Source: Eledone cirrhosa
Taxonomy: Eukaryota
Length of the DNA stretch: 64,000 nucleotides
Assembly: GCA_964016885.1 (NCBI GenBank)
Contig: OZ024740.1
Coordinates: forward strand, 96,534,001 to 96,598,000
Direction: 5' to 3'
Shown here: piece by piece, positions 13,517 through 27,215 of the stretch
How the letters are laid out: each line of letters opens with the position of its first letter
Position numbering within the stretch: position 1 is the first letter of the stretch
Made by a program: the position numbers and the translations under genes
The notes under the pieces: generated by a model
Database searches by the model: none
What the model saw: the letters and a program-made list of their open reading frames with translations, nothing else
What the model was told of the DNA's origin: nothing

Positions 13517-14727
13517 ACGTGTGTGTGCATGTATGTGTGTGTATGCGTGTGTGTGTGTGTATGTCTGTATCTAATTGTATATAATCATATAAATAGTTGG
13601 TGTAAAATTCTACCAAATTAATTGATTTGGAATTTAGCCAGTTTCATAAGCAAAAGTTCCTGAAACTCATCAGATGTTTAATGCTAATATGCACATAGTT
13701 CACTATTCTGTTAGGGTTCGTCTATCAAGATTTTAATTAGAGTGACATCATTAATTTTCGAAATTGTTACTCTTAGATTTACTTTGCTGAACATTTTGCG
13801 CTACATTTTGCTGAACATTTTGCGCTACGGGTTCATTCTGTTCATATGTAACATGTTCCACCCAAATAACAATAAGCATGTTGGTACGTCGATAGCAAAG
13901 AATCCTTCTAAAATCCAACTTATTTTGATGGAGCAGGAGACAGCCATTCACAAAAACATTACCGTGTTTGGACAGCTCGTTCAGCGCATCTCCATATAAT
14001 GTCTCTAGATTAATTATTTCCTCATTCTGTTTACGGGACTTTAAAACATTGACAACGTTCGTATTCACGTGTTGTAGATATATACATATCTGTAACTGAT
14101 TTAAAGCCATTGCTGCAAACGTATTGTGTTCGGTCGTTTTGTTGTTATTGTCGTTAAAGTTGTTGTTATTGCCATTTGAGTTGTATTGTCTAATTTGCTG
14201 TTATTTCTCTTGTATATTTCTGTTATAATTTTAATTTTGCATTGCTGTGGGGAATGTTGTTGGTGCTGGTAATAACGATGGCAGCGTTGGTACAAGGTTT
14301 TATGTTTATTTGTGTTGTGTTGAGTTTATTTACTCCGTTGATAGTGACACGGCGGGAAATTAATTTCATATTTTTCATGCGTTTTCTGTACGGTGTTGTT
14401 GCCATCAATTTCTCATTGGCCCTTCTGACAAACAAGAAGTTTGTATTATGTTTTATTGGTGCGGTTTTATTTCTTTTCGCTTCGGCGACTGTGGTGGTAA
14501 TGGTTTTGTTGGCGTTGTTTCGGGTATGTCTGTGTTTGTTGAAAATGTGGTGCTTGCAATGTTAGGTATCTCTGTGTTTATTTGTTCTTGTGTCTGTTTA
14601 GGTTGTTTGCGTTTGGAGGATTTGTAGGGATGTTGGTGGTGTTGGTGTTGGTATTAGTGCTGTTTGAGTGTGTTTGAGTTGGTAGTGGCTGTACTGTTTG
14701 TTGTGGATGTTTTTGTACTTCACCTCG

Positions 14728-16733
14728 TCTATTACCACCTGAACAAAAACACTGTAAACAGGAGAGTAATGGGTGCAAAGATCAGCTCTGATAAATAGAC
14801 TCATGACGGAAAACCGTAAACATATATTGAAGCACCTGTCAATAACCTGGATAGACTACAAGAAATCATTCGACAGCGTACCTCATTTATGGATCATAAA
14901 GACACTAGAAATGTATCGCATAGCAGCGGAGATAACAACTATCCTGAAGGCAAAGATATCAGACTGGAAAGCTACGATGGTCCTTCAACAACACACTTGA
15001 CTCTTGGAATCTAGACAGATCAAGATTAATTGTGGAATATTCCATAGCTACTCGTTGTCCCATTTGGTGTTCTATATATCACTTGCTCCATTAAGTCAGT
15101 TAGTGCGGAAGACAGGTTGTGGATATAAAATAAACAACAGACACGACAGTCCCCTTTTTTATATTGATGATTTCGAGCTATTTGGAAACAATGGTGAGCA
15201 GCTGGAAAGTTTAATGCACACAGTGAAACAATTCAGTGATGACATGTATATGGAATTTGAGCAGGACAAGTGTGAAAAAGCCAATTTGAAGAGAAGGCTG
15301 TTTTCTAAACATAATGATATTGGAATAGACCAACAAACTACTATAAAGGAACATGACAATGAAGAGTTCTACACATATCTCGGAGTCAATGGAGGAGACG
15401 GAAGCCAACATGCAAGTAAGATGGAAATGATATGGAGCAGTACATAATGAGTGTGAGACTGGTAATAAAAAGGTTAGCTAAACTCCTGCAAGAAATTCAA
15501 AGCTATTAACATTCTAGCAGTACCAGTTGTGACATACAGCTTTAACATCAGAAATTGAAATCTGCAAGAACTACACATCTTGGACACTAAGACAAGCAAA
15601 CTATTCACAACGGAAAAATTACACCACCCGAAAGCTCTATATCCCAAGGAGAGAAAGGGAAAAGGGGGTCCGACAATTGGAAGCTGCGTTCAAACCAGAA
15701 ACCACTGGATTAGATAGCTAACTTCACAACACCTGAGATGAACGAATTAAGAACTACATTCAATAACGAAAGAGGCGAGAAGTTTAGGCCAAAACTGAAC
15801 ATGAAACAAGACATACCCATAGACAATAAACAACAGAGTGCTGCGCAGCTAGCTATGGCTGAAGATCAAAGCAAATCAACTCCAGACAGAGGTACTAAAT
15901 TGTAAATGGAAGGCAAAGCTACTACATTGTAGATTCCCTGAACGATTTTCTGCCAATTATATCGATTGGCATGGCCCGCTATCATAGCTCAGAAGTTCAG
16001 GTTTGTAAGCAGCGACTGAGGTATTCTTAGTTGCGGCACAAGACCAATCGTTAAACACTTAGGCCTACGGACATAGTATAGTCAAAGATGGGAGTGGCAT
16101 TCTATGCAGATTATGCTGCAAACATGAAGAAAATGTAGATCATGTTAACTCCGGGTGACCAGTGGTGGCAAAAAACAGACTATCAAAAGATACACCGCAT
16201 TGCCAAATTTGTGCACTGGATGCTCCGCTAACAAATGGTATGAACATCAACCAAAACATTCATGGAAAAGGGCAACATAACCACCTATGTGATATGCCTG
16301 TGGTAACCGACCTAGAAATCGCTGCCAACAGGTCAGATATGATATCGTAAAAAAGAAAATACAGCTCGGATATATAACCTTATAGAAATTTCCGTGCCAG
16401 CTGACAAGAATACATCTATAAAAAAAATGGAAAAACTGTCAAAATACAAAGACCTGGAAAGAGAGATCAACCGCATGTGGAGGATGACCACAACCCCTAT
16501 CCCTGTGGTAATAGGAACATTAGGATTAATACCCAAATCCTCAGACCTGCACCTTAGCATCCATCCCTGCTAGATCAGCAAATATGAGCTACAGGAACAG
16601 CACACTTTCTCTCACGAGTTCTCTCTCTACAATGAAAACATCTATTGCCCTAGTTTCAAGGCCTGAATCCGGCAATAGGGAAACAGAATTGTGCTAAACG
16701 AAATACCACAACAAATGTAATAATAATAATAAA
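14728..16733 (+). mobile_element. 5'-truncated R4/Dong-type non-LTR retrotransposon (RT + restriction-like endonuclease), decayed
   Basis: EQKHC..GCKDQL, WIDYKKSFDSVPHLWI, LFYIDDFELF, YTYLGV, zinc-knuckle-like CRLC...ENVDHVNSG, NRSDMI, IEISVPAD..EKLSKYKDLEREINRMW..IPVVIGTLG; ends in (TAA)n. Confidence 0.88.
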
Positions 16734-17073
16734 CTGTCAAAATATTCATCATCATTGCCATATAGAGCTATATTTCCCCAACAAATGGATTTGAAATAGA
16801 CGAAGATTGATGAAAGAGTCAATATTTGAATGAAACTTAATGCATTAGGATGGACAGGGACATGTGTAAAGGAATGAGACGCAAACAGACAATATTAATA
16901 ATGATCAAAGCAGAATAGTTGCAATATGTAAGATACGTTGAGAGACTAGTAACACATTGTCAAACAGAACAATAATTTGCAATAATCATTATAAATGTGA
17001 CAGATATAACCAGGAAGGTGAGAAGCCTATGTATATGACAGATATTTTGTGAATCTTCATATGTGTATAGAAC

Positions 17074-17256
<183 letters not shown>

Positions 17257-17441
17257 TATGTGAAATCCTGCCCGGGGCGTGAGGCGCGTTTGACTTGGCC
17301 CTGCACTTGGCATTGAACATATGCATATACCTATTCTATATCTCCTCATGCATCGACTACTACTATTATTAGTGGACGCCTTGATCACATCACCGCAAGT
17401 CTCTCTCTCTCTTTCTCTATCTATATACCCCTCCTCTCCCT

Positions 17442-17516
<75 letters not shown>

Positions 17517-17522
17517 ACATAA

Positions 17523-17558
<36 letters not shown>

Positions 17559-19319
17559 TGATTGTTTGATTTTTTCTCCTAGTTTTATGTAATCCATTAA
17601 TCTTGTATTGATTATTTTGTTCATAAATGCTAGTCGATAGTTTCTTGGAGGCTGTGAAAATAACTTTCTTTACACCTTGTATTTATCCGCTTAATTGACG
17701 GAGAAATTACGGTCCTCTTTGAGAGAACCCAAGTGAAGATTAAGGAGAATTTACTTCTACAGTATAAGGCTCACTGTTTAGATGGATACTAATGAACGAA
17801 CAGATGCTAAGGAACGGATATCCAGTTCCACTAAACAATGGCAAGGTGGACCTACAATTTGCATATGCAATGTGCTACGCGTGATGAACCTTTCCAGTGA
17901 CCCCGAAGCCTATCGAATGTTTCTATCGATGTTCATCTATTTTTATCTATACGAGATGGTCCTAGCTAGTTACCTGATCGTATTTCTCGTTTTTGTAGTT
18001 ATGAACTATGACCACATATATCTCGTTATTTTATACATGGTGTCACACTTCTGAACATTGTATTCACTCTGGACAAATATGTATTAACGTTTCGCACCAA
18101 CGAATTCTTGGTACCACCTCAAATAATTCGATTGCTATTTGATCTACTGTGCTTAGAACATTATATCCATTTAATAAGAGAGAAGGAAATGAACATTTTG
18201 TTTTCTTATTATCATAATGACGGAAACACGGTACAATGAAAATCTATCTATGTGGACAATTTGAGAGATTAATAAATTATTTGAAATACATATTTGCGTC
18301 ACTCCTAATGGAAGGCTATTAAGTTATATGTTTCTCTTAATTCAGCTGTCAGTTGCAGCTAGTTGCATTAAACCAATAGTAAATAACACACGTACGTAGA
18401 ATGTGACATGCATTTCCGACTTAAGTGATGTTATATATTTATGTTAATAAAATAGACCTCCATCGGTTCCCAGGGTGATTGTTCTAATTATTCAAAGAAT
18501 TTATTAGTTTCTTCATGAACCTAACGTGTAAGTAGATGGACATCCACACAGTCACATAGTTTGCTGGGAGGGATGCACATCGATATAGTGTTTGAAATAA
18601 AGGTTTAGTCTATCGAACGGGTGTCGATCCAATTTCGTTATTACCAAGTTTCGCTCTGAAGTCACGGACCGATTCTTGGATAACCGAGACACTTGTCATT
18701 TATCATAGGATAAATTACACGTGTCCAAGGTGTCAGCAGTAGAATCGAAAACTAATGACTGTCAAACGAACCTCTTTCTATTTCGGATAATGTTTGACAT
18801 ATCAATATATTGACAGTCCATAAATTATAATTTTAAACTTTATATTCTGGAATATGTTTGTGTGAATGAAGGGAAATTATTTGAATGTTTTGTAAAGTAA
18901 ACATTTTCCACGGCAAGTAAATATTGAATATCTTCTTTTTAATTTAATACAATTAGAAATAATTTGAGCTCACTGATACATGTGCCGACTCACACACACA
19001 CGCACACATATATGTATTTGTGTGTCACACATACATATACAGATATATCCCTGTATATACTTATATATATATGTATATAAAGAGAGAGATATAGAGAGAG
19101 AAAGATGGAGTTTAACGTGAAGTTACTGTATGTTCACCCAGGTGAGCAACTGCTGTTCAATGTCACGTCTTTTGCGAGGTGTAGAGCAAATAATAAATCG
19201 TCATTTTATTATATACTAGCAGAGGTACCAGGCGTTTCCCGGTATAACTCCCAATGGAGCAGTCATTCAAATCAACCTTAAGACTTCCGTTAAACACGAT
19301 TATAGAAGTAGCAATTTAT

Positions 19320-19620
19320 ACGTGTTGACCCTAAAGAGGGCCTTTGAACGTTCACTTTGAAATAACTCTGCGGCGGTGCTGCCAGCAAAGACGAATCCAG
19401 TGATAACAATATATAGTTGGTGGCCCTGAAGAAGACCTTTAAAAGTTCACTTTCAAATATCTCAGCGGCGGTGCTGCCAGCAAAGGTGAATCCGATGGTA
19501 ACAATTTAAACTTGGGGGCCCTGAAGAGGGCCTTGCTATCGTTTACTCTTAAAAGTCCCAGCGACAGAGCTGTCAGCAAAGACGACTCCGATTAGAGGTG
19601 GTGGCCCTTAGAAGTCGTTA
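19320..19620. repeat. ~95-100 bp degenerate tandem repeat (about 3 copies) inside the Helitron
   Basis: Recurring ccctgaagagggcctt...gcggcggtgctgccagcaaag...aatcc blocks. Confidence 0.75.
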
Positions 19621-20054
19621 ACACCGCTTTGGTGTGTCGTATTTGCTTAGCTTGTTATTTAAGATTGAAACCAAGAAATGCATGTAACATTCGGCGGTTA
19701 CTAAAACCGCCTTGGCAAGATCACGTTGTAATGTCAAAAAAATGTGTAAATAAGATGTAGGGAAAAGTAGATTAATTAGGTTAAAACTACGGAACATCGA
19801 TAGCAAAGCGTGATAGCAACATATAAATGCAGAAAATGGGGACATTGAACATTTATAACGTATAGCAAAAGCAATCTCAGAGCCGTACGTGGTATTGTGA
19901 AAAGGACAAAAATAGCACACAGATACAGCAAATGTAAGCACTTATACAAAAAAGAAAAAACAGCGTTTAATTGTTGGCGGATGGGGTGCCTACAAAACCT
20001 CCTTATAGACTATATCTTGGGTTTTCTCGCGAGTTGCAAAAGCATGTCGGCTCC

Positions 20055-20515
20055 CCACTCCAGAGCGGCCAACATATATTTGACCATGGGAGAAGCACGA
20101 TTCTTCTAAATTAAGCCTTAAGACCGTCATCGTCTGACCCTGCGATTTGTTAATCGACATGGCGAAACTGAGCCAGAGAGGAAATTGCAGCCTTCTGAAT
20201 GTGAAAGGAATGTCTTTAACGGATGGACTGAGAGGTATCCTTGGTATGAAGACAGTATCCCCCTTACTTCCTCCTGTAAGTATTGTCCCTCAGTAACATG
20301 AGGCATCGCCTATTCGACGACCAGACGAGTGCCGTTGGAAAGCTTTCGGGGTTCCAAATTCCTGAGGAGCATGACAGGGGCATCTTTTCTAAGCCTCAGT
20401 AACTGTGGTGGCAATCCGGGATGGTCTAGGGAGTTAAGAAATTATGTGGGGTAATTAACATCTTCGTCCGGATCAGCCATAGAGTCAAGGGACTTGTAGA
20501 CGTGCAGGTTTCCAG
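20055..20515 (-). pseudogene. Helitron Rep/Hel C-terminal Pif1-like helicase fragment
   Basis: FLNSLDHPGLPPQLLRLRKDAPVMLLRNL..LSNGTRL, VFIPRIPL, FRRLQFPLWLSFAMSINKSQGQT, FSHGQIYV; contains stops and frameshifts. Confidence 0.9.
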
Positions 20516-20648
20516 ACAAGCACAGTGTAGTCGGAGGAGGGGTCGTAGTTAAAGGCATTCAACCACCATCGTGAAATGCAAGTCCTAGAAATGCCACGTA
20601 ATGATGATCGCCGTTGTTCCCTTTGCAGAAGTCGGCCACGTCGTTTCT

Positions 20649-21284
20649 CTATGCTTTCAGTATTTCGCGAGGCAGCAGTGGCAGCGGCGTCCCTACTTCA
20701 TCGAACCGCGCGTCATCCTTCATCCTCTCGGGCGCGAACAGTGGATGTTGCAGTGCCGTCCCTACCTCGTCGAACGGCGCCTCGTCCTTCATCCTCTTGA
20801 GCGCGAGCAGCGGCTGTTGCAGTGGCATGCCTGCTTTGTCGAATCGCGCGTTGTCCCTCATCCTCTCGAGCACGAACAGCGGATGTTGCAGCGACGACCC
20901 TGCTTCGTCGAACGGCTCGTCATCCTTCATTCTCTCGAGCACGATCAGTGGATGTTGCAGCGGCATTCCTGCTTCGGCGAACGGCACGTCGTCCTTCATT
21001 CTCTCGAGCGCGAGCAGCGAATGTTGCAGCGGGGTCCCTGCTTCCTCTAACGGCACGTCGTCCTTCACCATCTCGAGCGCAAGCAGCAGCGGTGGCGGCA
21101 GCATCTTTGTTCCGTCTAAGTTCACGCCGACTGCCATCCTCCTCCGCACTTGCAGCTGCTGTCTGCACAGCATTCTGTGAGAGCCTGATCGCAGTTGCAT
21201 TACATCTTCGGTGAGATGCCTTCGCTTAGACCTACTTGCATCATTAGATAATCGACCAATGAAAGTCCTTTTCTTGGGGGGCAT
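20649..21284 (-). pseudogene. Helitron Rep/Hel N-terminal remnant with 60-bp (20-aa) tandem repeats
   Basis: Basic MPPKKR start; about 7 copies of a 60-bp unit at ~20670-21110 (RARENEGRRAVRR-type frame); Rep domain absent. Confidence 0.65.
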
Positions 21285-23994
21285 TGTTTTTAGAAAATTA
21301 ACCAGGGAGAACGATACATATTGGACAAATAACGTTTAAATAAGGGAATCTATACACGGATATAAATTGTGAAAAAATGTGATAAATCTATGTGGTCTGA
21401 AAGAGTGGGTATGTTTTGCAAGATTTTGTGAACCAATCAAATTTCAGGTTTTATGTCAGGGGCAAGCAGCATACGGACTACATGTGATAAAGGAAATTAA
21501 ATAGTGAGGCTACAGTGGTAGGTATATAAGTGTCAGTATGTTTTTTTTTCAGTTCGCACATAGCAATAAGTAAGTACTTACCATTGAAAGGATACAGGCA
21601 AAAATGGCCGAAAAATCAGAGCATGATAAACTGGAAACTTATGACCATAAACCCATTAACTAAACCTGCTTTAAGGTCACAAATGTTGAAGAAGCATGCG
21701 TTTCAGAAATATGGAGTAGCTTATGTAAAAAAACATACCACTTGTCATAAGCCAAAAAAGAAGTGTGATCCTAGGTCGGACTTGACCGATATAAATAGGA
21801 GTGATTTCGCTCAATGAACAACACTCGAGTTGTCAGATTGTTTAGATAATAAAAATAAGTATGATGAAATCTACTGAACACAACTCACTGATGTGTGGTT
21901 GGCCACAGGTCGCGATTTCGCACTTAACTGATGTGCAATTAAACGGGGGAGACAACCGAGTGCAAAAACTAATCAATCATTCTCACAGTTTGGGCATGAG
22001 TGTGAAATAGCACAATCCACATAGAGTAGGCGTTAAAATTTACAGCTGGGTTAAATCGCGCTTTCTTGGTTAGGAGCGTGAAATGACGCCAAAGTTCAAG
22101 GAAAAAATGTTAACTCCGCATTCCGCACTTAATTGTGGTGCAATTAGACGGGGTAGACAACCGGGTGCAAAATCAAATTTAATCATCCTAAAGTTAACTA
22201 AACAAAGTGAAATTAAGTCAGGGGGATTTAAAAATTCGCTACGCCATTTCTAGGACATGAGTACCTGATGCGTCAACCTTCGTTTAAACTGACTTTTATT
22301 TCAAGAAGTTGAAATCCTTTGCTGCGACTAAAATATGAACTTTAAAAGTGGTCCAAAGAGGCTCACTGCCCTCCATAGGGGGTTACCTTGCAAAATTCAA
22401 GTGATAACGAATGTGTGTTGCTTTATCTTATGGCAGACAATAACCATTTCGTTTTGTTTTTGTAATATCAAGTGTAAACTCCAGAGGTTATGGTGTTTTT
22501 TTTATTGTGGCAGTTTGAACTTTTATAGGTTAATAAATTGGGTTCATTGTCCCCGACGGTGTCCTCTTGCTGAATTGAAATGAAAGTAAATGTGATTCAC
22601 TGTATCTTCATTTGTAGTACATGAATTACAAGTCGAAATTAATTTTATTGGACTAAGAATTATCGAAGCTATGATGATTTGCTGCATTACAATAGCCAAG
22701 TACAATAAATGACTCGCCGGGGCTTACAGCCCCCTGGGTGTCCCCATGCTTGTTCCGGGTATAGACTCTTTCTTCAACATCATCTTAGGCAATGGGTAAC
22801 CAATGTGTCCTGTGAAGTGAAAATCGAACGTAAACTTCAAAGGTTATCAGGTACTAATACAGTTTTGATAGTCGAGGGGGCTTACTGCCCCACGCAGGGT
22901 TACCTTTGATAAGTTCAAGTAAAAGTCCATGTGTTCACCTTCCTTTATAAGCCATGGGTAACCAATGCATCTCGCTTCGTGAAAGCAAAACACCAACTGA
23001 AGCAGTTATGACGTTTTGTTACATTGATGATATCAACTTCATCATTCATCTAGTCGGTTTACTGCCTGCCAAGGGGTCCCCTACCTGAATTTTTTGCGCC
23101 AGTGCAAATTTATTTGTAGGCCATAAGCAAACAAAAGATTAATTTAGGTGAAGATGGGAGGCAACCTGCAGGAATTATGGGGTTTTTATGCAGTAGTACT
23201 GTTGAATCCATGCTTAAGTGGGGTTATTTGTCTCTAGGATGCCCCACAATCAAGGTACGGAAAATGAAAATAGCCTAGGACGCGTAGTCGGACTTCAGAA
23301 ACTTGTGTATGAAATATGGTGCAAATCGGTTGGGAAATGTAGAAATGCATCCGGCTACACACACAGACAGACATATATCTTATATTTTATATATATAGAA
23401 ATATATATACAATATATTAACAAATGGAAACTATATTTATAAAACCATATTTATTTCATTATACATATTTCAAGGACACCAAAGCACATTATGGTGCGCT
23501 TTCATCAAATAAAATATAATATAGATCAGTTTTATAAACAAATATTGACATACCATTAAAGAATGCAACCATGTCGGTTGGAAGCTCCTGGATAGTGGGG
23601 TTACTAATTTTATTATTGGTCTATTATGCAAATTAGTGTCGGAATGGTTTAAATCCCAAATATTTAAATTAAGCCGTTGGAATAAAGAAAAGGAAACAGA
23701 ACGAAAGAAAAACAATAGAAAAGAAAGAGAAAGAGAGAAAACCCTAAGTGAGAGAGTGTTGTATTAACGTAATTTTATGAGATGATGAAGCGAAAAGATA
23801 AATATATAGTGGATGAATTACGCGAAGTAAATAAATCGTAATAACCGGAGAATGTTATCTAATGTTTAAATTATATTAAATTATTGAAATCTATAAATAA
23901 AAAATAAAAAATTGAGATCTATATATTATTAAAAGAAATCTATATATTATTAAAAGAAATCTATATATTATAAAAAGAATATATAATTAAAAGA

Positions 23995-24092
<98 letters not shown>

Positions 24093-24093
<1 letters not shown>

Positions 24094-24499
24094 AAAGAAT
24101 AGAGGTGTAAAACACAAGTTATTATATATTGGTAAACGGAATAGAAAATGCTGACAAATTGTTCACAGTGAAAAATAGTTTAATTAGGATTAAGTGAGAA
24201 TTAGTAATAGTTTGGTTAGTATTCAGTTTTGATTTTAAGTTTTACCGGTTGTGCATTTCTAATGCTTTTCAAAAATAATTTTGAGATAGAGCGTCCGTGA
24301 TGTTTGTTCAGATCAGAGCAAACATCACGGACGCTCTATCTCAAAATTATTTTTAATAAGCATTAGAAATGCACAACAGGTAAAACTTAAAATCAAAACT
24401 GAATACTAACCAAACTATTACTAATTCTCACTTAATCCTAAATAAACTATTTTTCACTGTGAACAATTTGTCAGCATTATCTATTCCGTTTACCAATAT

Positions 24500-24500
<1 letters not shown>
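24093..24500 (-). mobile_element. Fold-back hairpin of a PLE 3' terminus (~185-bp arms)
   Basis: 24127-24311 is the reverse complement of 24312-24500 and matches 29295-29466. An extra ~35-nt tail lies on the left; flanked by TA. Confidence 0.88.
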
Positions 24501-24544
<44 letters not shown>

Positions 24545-24549
<5 letters not shown>

Positions 24550-24735
24550 ATAAACGTAAAAGAAAATGCTGACAAATTGTTCACACTGAAAAATAGTTTA
24601 ATTAGGAATAAGTGAGAATTAGTAATAGTATTGCTTAGTATTCAGTTTTGGTTTTAAGTTTTACCGGTTGCGCATTTCTAATCCTTTTCAAAAATAATTT
24701 TGGAATATAGCGTCCGTGATGTTTGCTCTGATCTG
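24545..24735 (-). mobile_element. Solo arm of the same PLE-terminus family
   Basis: Direct homolog of 24127-24311 between TA tracts. Confidence 0.85.
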
Positions 24736-24779
<44 letters not shown>

Positions 24780-24780
<1 letters not shown>

Positions 24781-25840
24781 AGGAGGTGAGTTTTATTGTA
24801 GTACAATAAAGCATTGCAGATATCGGATAAGTAGCACTCTACGATTTGTAGGACTGGAGTATAAATAATATATAAGATGAAAAGATGGTTAAAAGAGTTA
24901 CATGTATTTTATTATGCGGGTTTCAAACACAAATATCTTCATGCGATGACATTTGCGTTTTCGTCAGATATAATAGGAAGACATCATAAGAAGGTTAACA
25001 AACACTTGTGAATAGTGCAGTTTTAAATCAACTTATGAAAAGTAGTTTTAGATTCATGTGTGATATTGGGAAAACAAATTGAGGGGGGGGGGTGAAAAAG
25101 AGGAGGAGATGAGAGTAAATAATGGAAGGGGAGGAGTATAATAAGGAAGGATGAGATAGGAGCAGATATGGGTGATAGAGAGTGAGATAGCTTTTATAAC
25201 TGAGAAAAATATATTGTTTTACATAGAGAGGTTAAAAAACCGTTGGAAGATAATATGTAAATTAAAAGAATTTGAAAATTAACGAAGAGAAAAATTCAAG
25301 AATATTGTTAAATTAAGGTTTGTATATTGACGGGTTTAATAATATGTGCGATGAAAAGAAATTGTTAATATGTATTAAGAATAATATTTAAGGGTTTAAT
25401 AATATGTGCGATGGAAAGAAATATAACAATAGTAATGTAATTAAGGATATATTGTGAAAAGAAGTAGAAGAGTGGATGAATCGATGAATATGTGTAATAT
25501 GTATAAGTTAGATGAGCATGAAAGGGAGAAAAAAATAATGAATTGAGGATGAATAATCTAACGTCAAAAAAATGTTTATGTTTACGAAGGATTTTTCAAG
25601 GTGATATTATAAAGTATTTAAAAGCGTAGGGATATATTGTGGTGAGTAATAATGAGTATTGAGAAGTATCTAGGAAGAAAAGGTACAGATTAGAGATTAG
25701 AAATTAAAAGAAAAAAGGAAAAAAAGAAAGAAAGGGAAGTTATGAATAGGAGTGATATAGAATGAGTAACTAGTATTATGTAATGTATAATAAATAACAT
25801 TGAAATAAGCTAGAAAGATGGGTATATTTTTAAATAATTA

Positions 25841-25874
<34 letters not shown>

Positions 25875-27215
25875 TGCCTTTGAGAAAAGGATTTTAAAAT
25901 GGTAAAGTATTAGATATTAGCTGTATAGTTTATGGAATGTTCTGTGGAATATATGGAAGCAGAGAGAAAACAAGTCAGTGCGTCTATTTATTATAGAATC
26001 TAAATTAGATATAATGGTAAATTCCTCACATAAACAGAGATTACATGTCTTGGATAGAGAAGTATTCAAGTATGGAGAAGCAGAACAAACCTTCCTCCAA
26101 GTGATGTTAGAGTTAATATTTTTGTCTTTCAAGGAACATATGAGTTCTGAGAGTGCCGTGTTGATTCTTTTAAGTTGGTATTTAAAAGAGGAATGATGAT
26201 TATAAAAACGAGCTTTAAAGGAGGTGGAAGTGGAGCCAAAATAGGTACTGGAATTGGTGTCAGTTATAACTTTACATCCGTAGATTAAGTTTGTTTCAAG
26301 ACAATGGTTGTTGAGAGGGGAATTATTTTTAACAGGGCAATTACAATTGCGATTAGAGAAATTAACAGAGTTATTAACAAGTGACCCAGTGTTATCTATA
26401 GAAGGAATTGGACTGGAAAAGTTATTTAAGATAGGAATAATTGTTTCTCGATTTAGAATGGGATTAAGAACATTTAACGAAGTTGCGTTTGACGTTGTAT
26501 TTGGGTTTGCAGAAATTAACCTAGAGTTAACAATGATGTCGGGAGTACTGTTACTATTATTATGATATTCAGTGTTGGAAGGAAGAGATTTAGTATTTAG
26601 TATTTTATTGTTGTGTTTAGAGATAATGTTTGAGATGTTGGAGGAGGTCGAATAGGAAAGTGTATAGTGTGTTTGTTAAATATTTTACTATAGATATGTG
26701 AGGGAGGGAAGCATTTATTTAAGGAACTAAATAATAATTTAGGAATATTAATATTAATAGAGATGGAAAAAGGAGCATTATACCAGATTATGTTTTTGTA
26801 TCTAGGTCTTTTATTAAAGTTATTGGAGTGAACATGATTAATTATTTTACTGTAAGATCTTTTAGAATGTGTTTCTTTACTATATTTGATTTTATCAGGA
26901 TAACCGGCTTTAGAAAGTGTGTTATTATAGTAATTGGCGTGAGCATCAAATATGTTTTTATTAGATAATAGGTTGGATATTATTTTCCCAATATTACTAA
27001 CTATAGCATTCTTAATATTACTGGGGTGGTTAGATTTAAAATTAACATAATTTAGATTCTCATTGTTTTACTGGTAAGTGTAATATAGGCCAGTGTCAAG
27101 ATTAAGAGATACATCCAAGAAATTAGCTTGCTTGATGTTGTTATCAAATTCAATTTTTAAGTTATGTTGGTTAAAGAGATTACGTATATTGTTCTTAATA
27201 ATATTAAGGTTAACT
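24780..27215 (-). mobile_element. 5'-truncated Penelope-like element (Hydra-type motifs) with long 3' UTR
   Basis: ANFLDVSLNL, SNHPSNI, WYNAPFS, CNC..CPLNNHCL..NLIYGC..YFGSTSTSFKARFYNHH, CNLCL; a second copy lies at 56120-57780. Confidence 0.9.
24905..24975 (-). ncRNA. Type I hammerhead ribozyme, degenerate copy
   Basis: CUGACGA, long stem II, GAAAC-CCGC-AUA; stem III is mismatched relative to the 56246-56316 copy. Confidence 0.6.

Larger units (their letters stand above)
19216..23399 (-). mobile_element. Internally deleted Helitron with both termini
   Basis: Minus-strand 5' end TCTATATATATAAAA at 23399. 3' hairpin TACCGGG-aaacg-CCTGGTA is followed by CTAG|T at 19216. Internal Pif1-type helicase remnant. 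Confidence 0.9.

Noticed and set aside
19320-21110. CRISPR-like arrays
   Set aside because: These are degenerate head-to-tail tandem repeats without unique spacers, inside a eukaryotic Helitron, with no cas genes.
24093-24500. MITE / DNA-transposon interpretation of the hairpins
   Set aside because: The arms equal the 3' end of an RT-bearing PLE (29295-29466), are asymmetric (one-sided tail) and contain ribozyme-like motifs.
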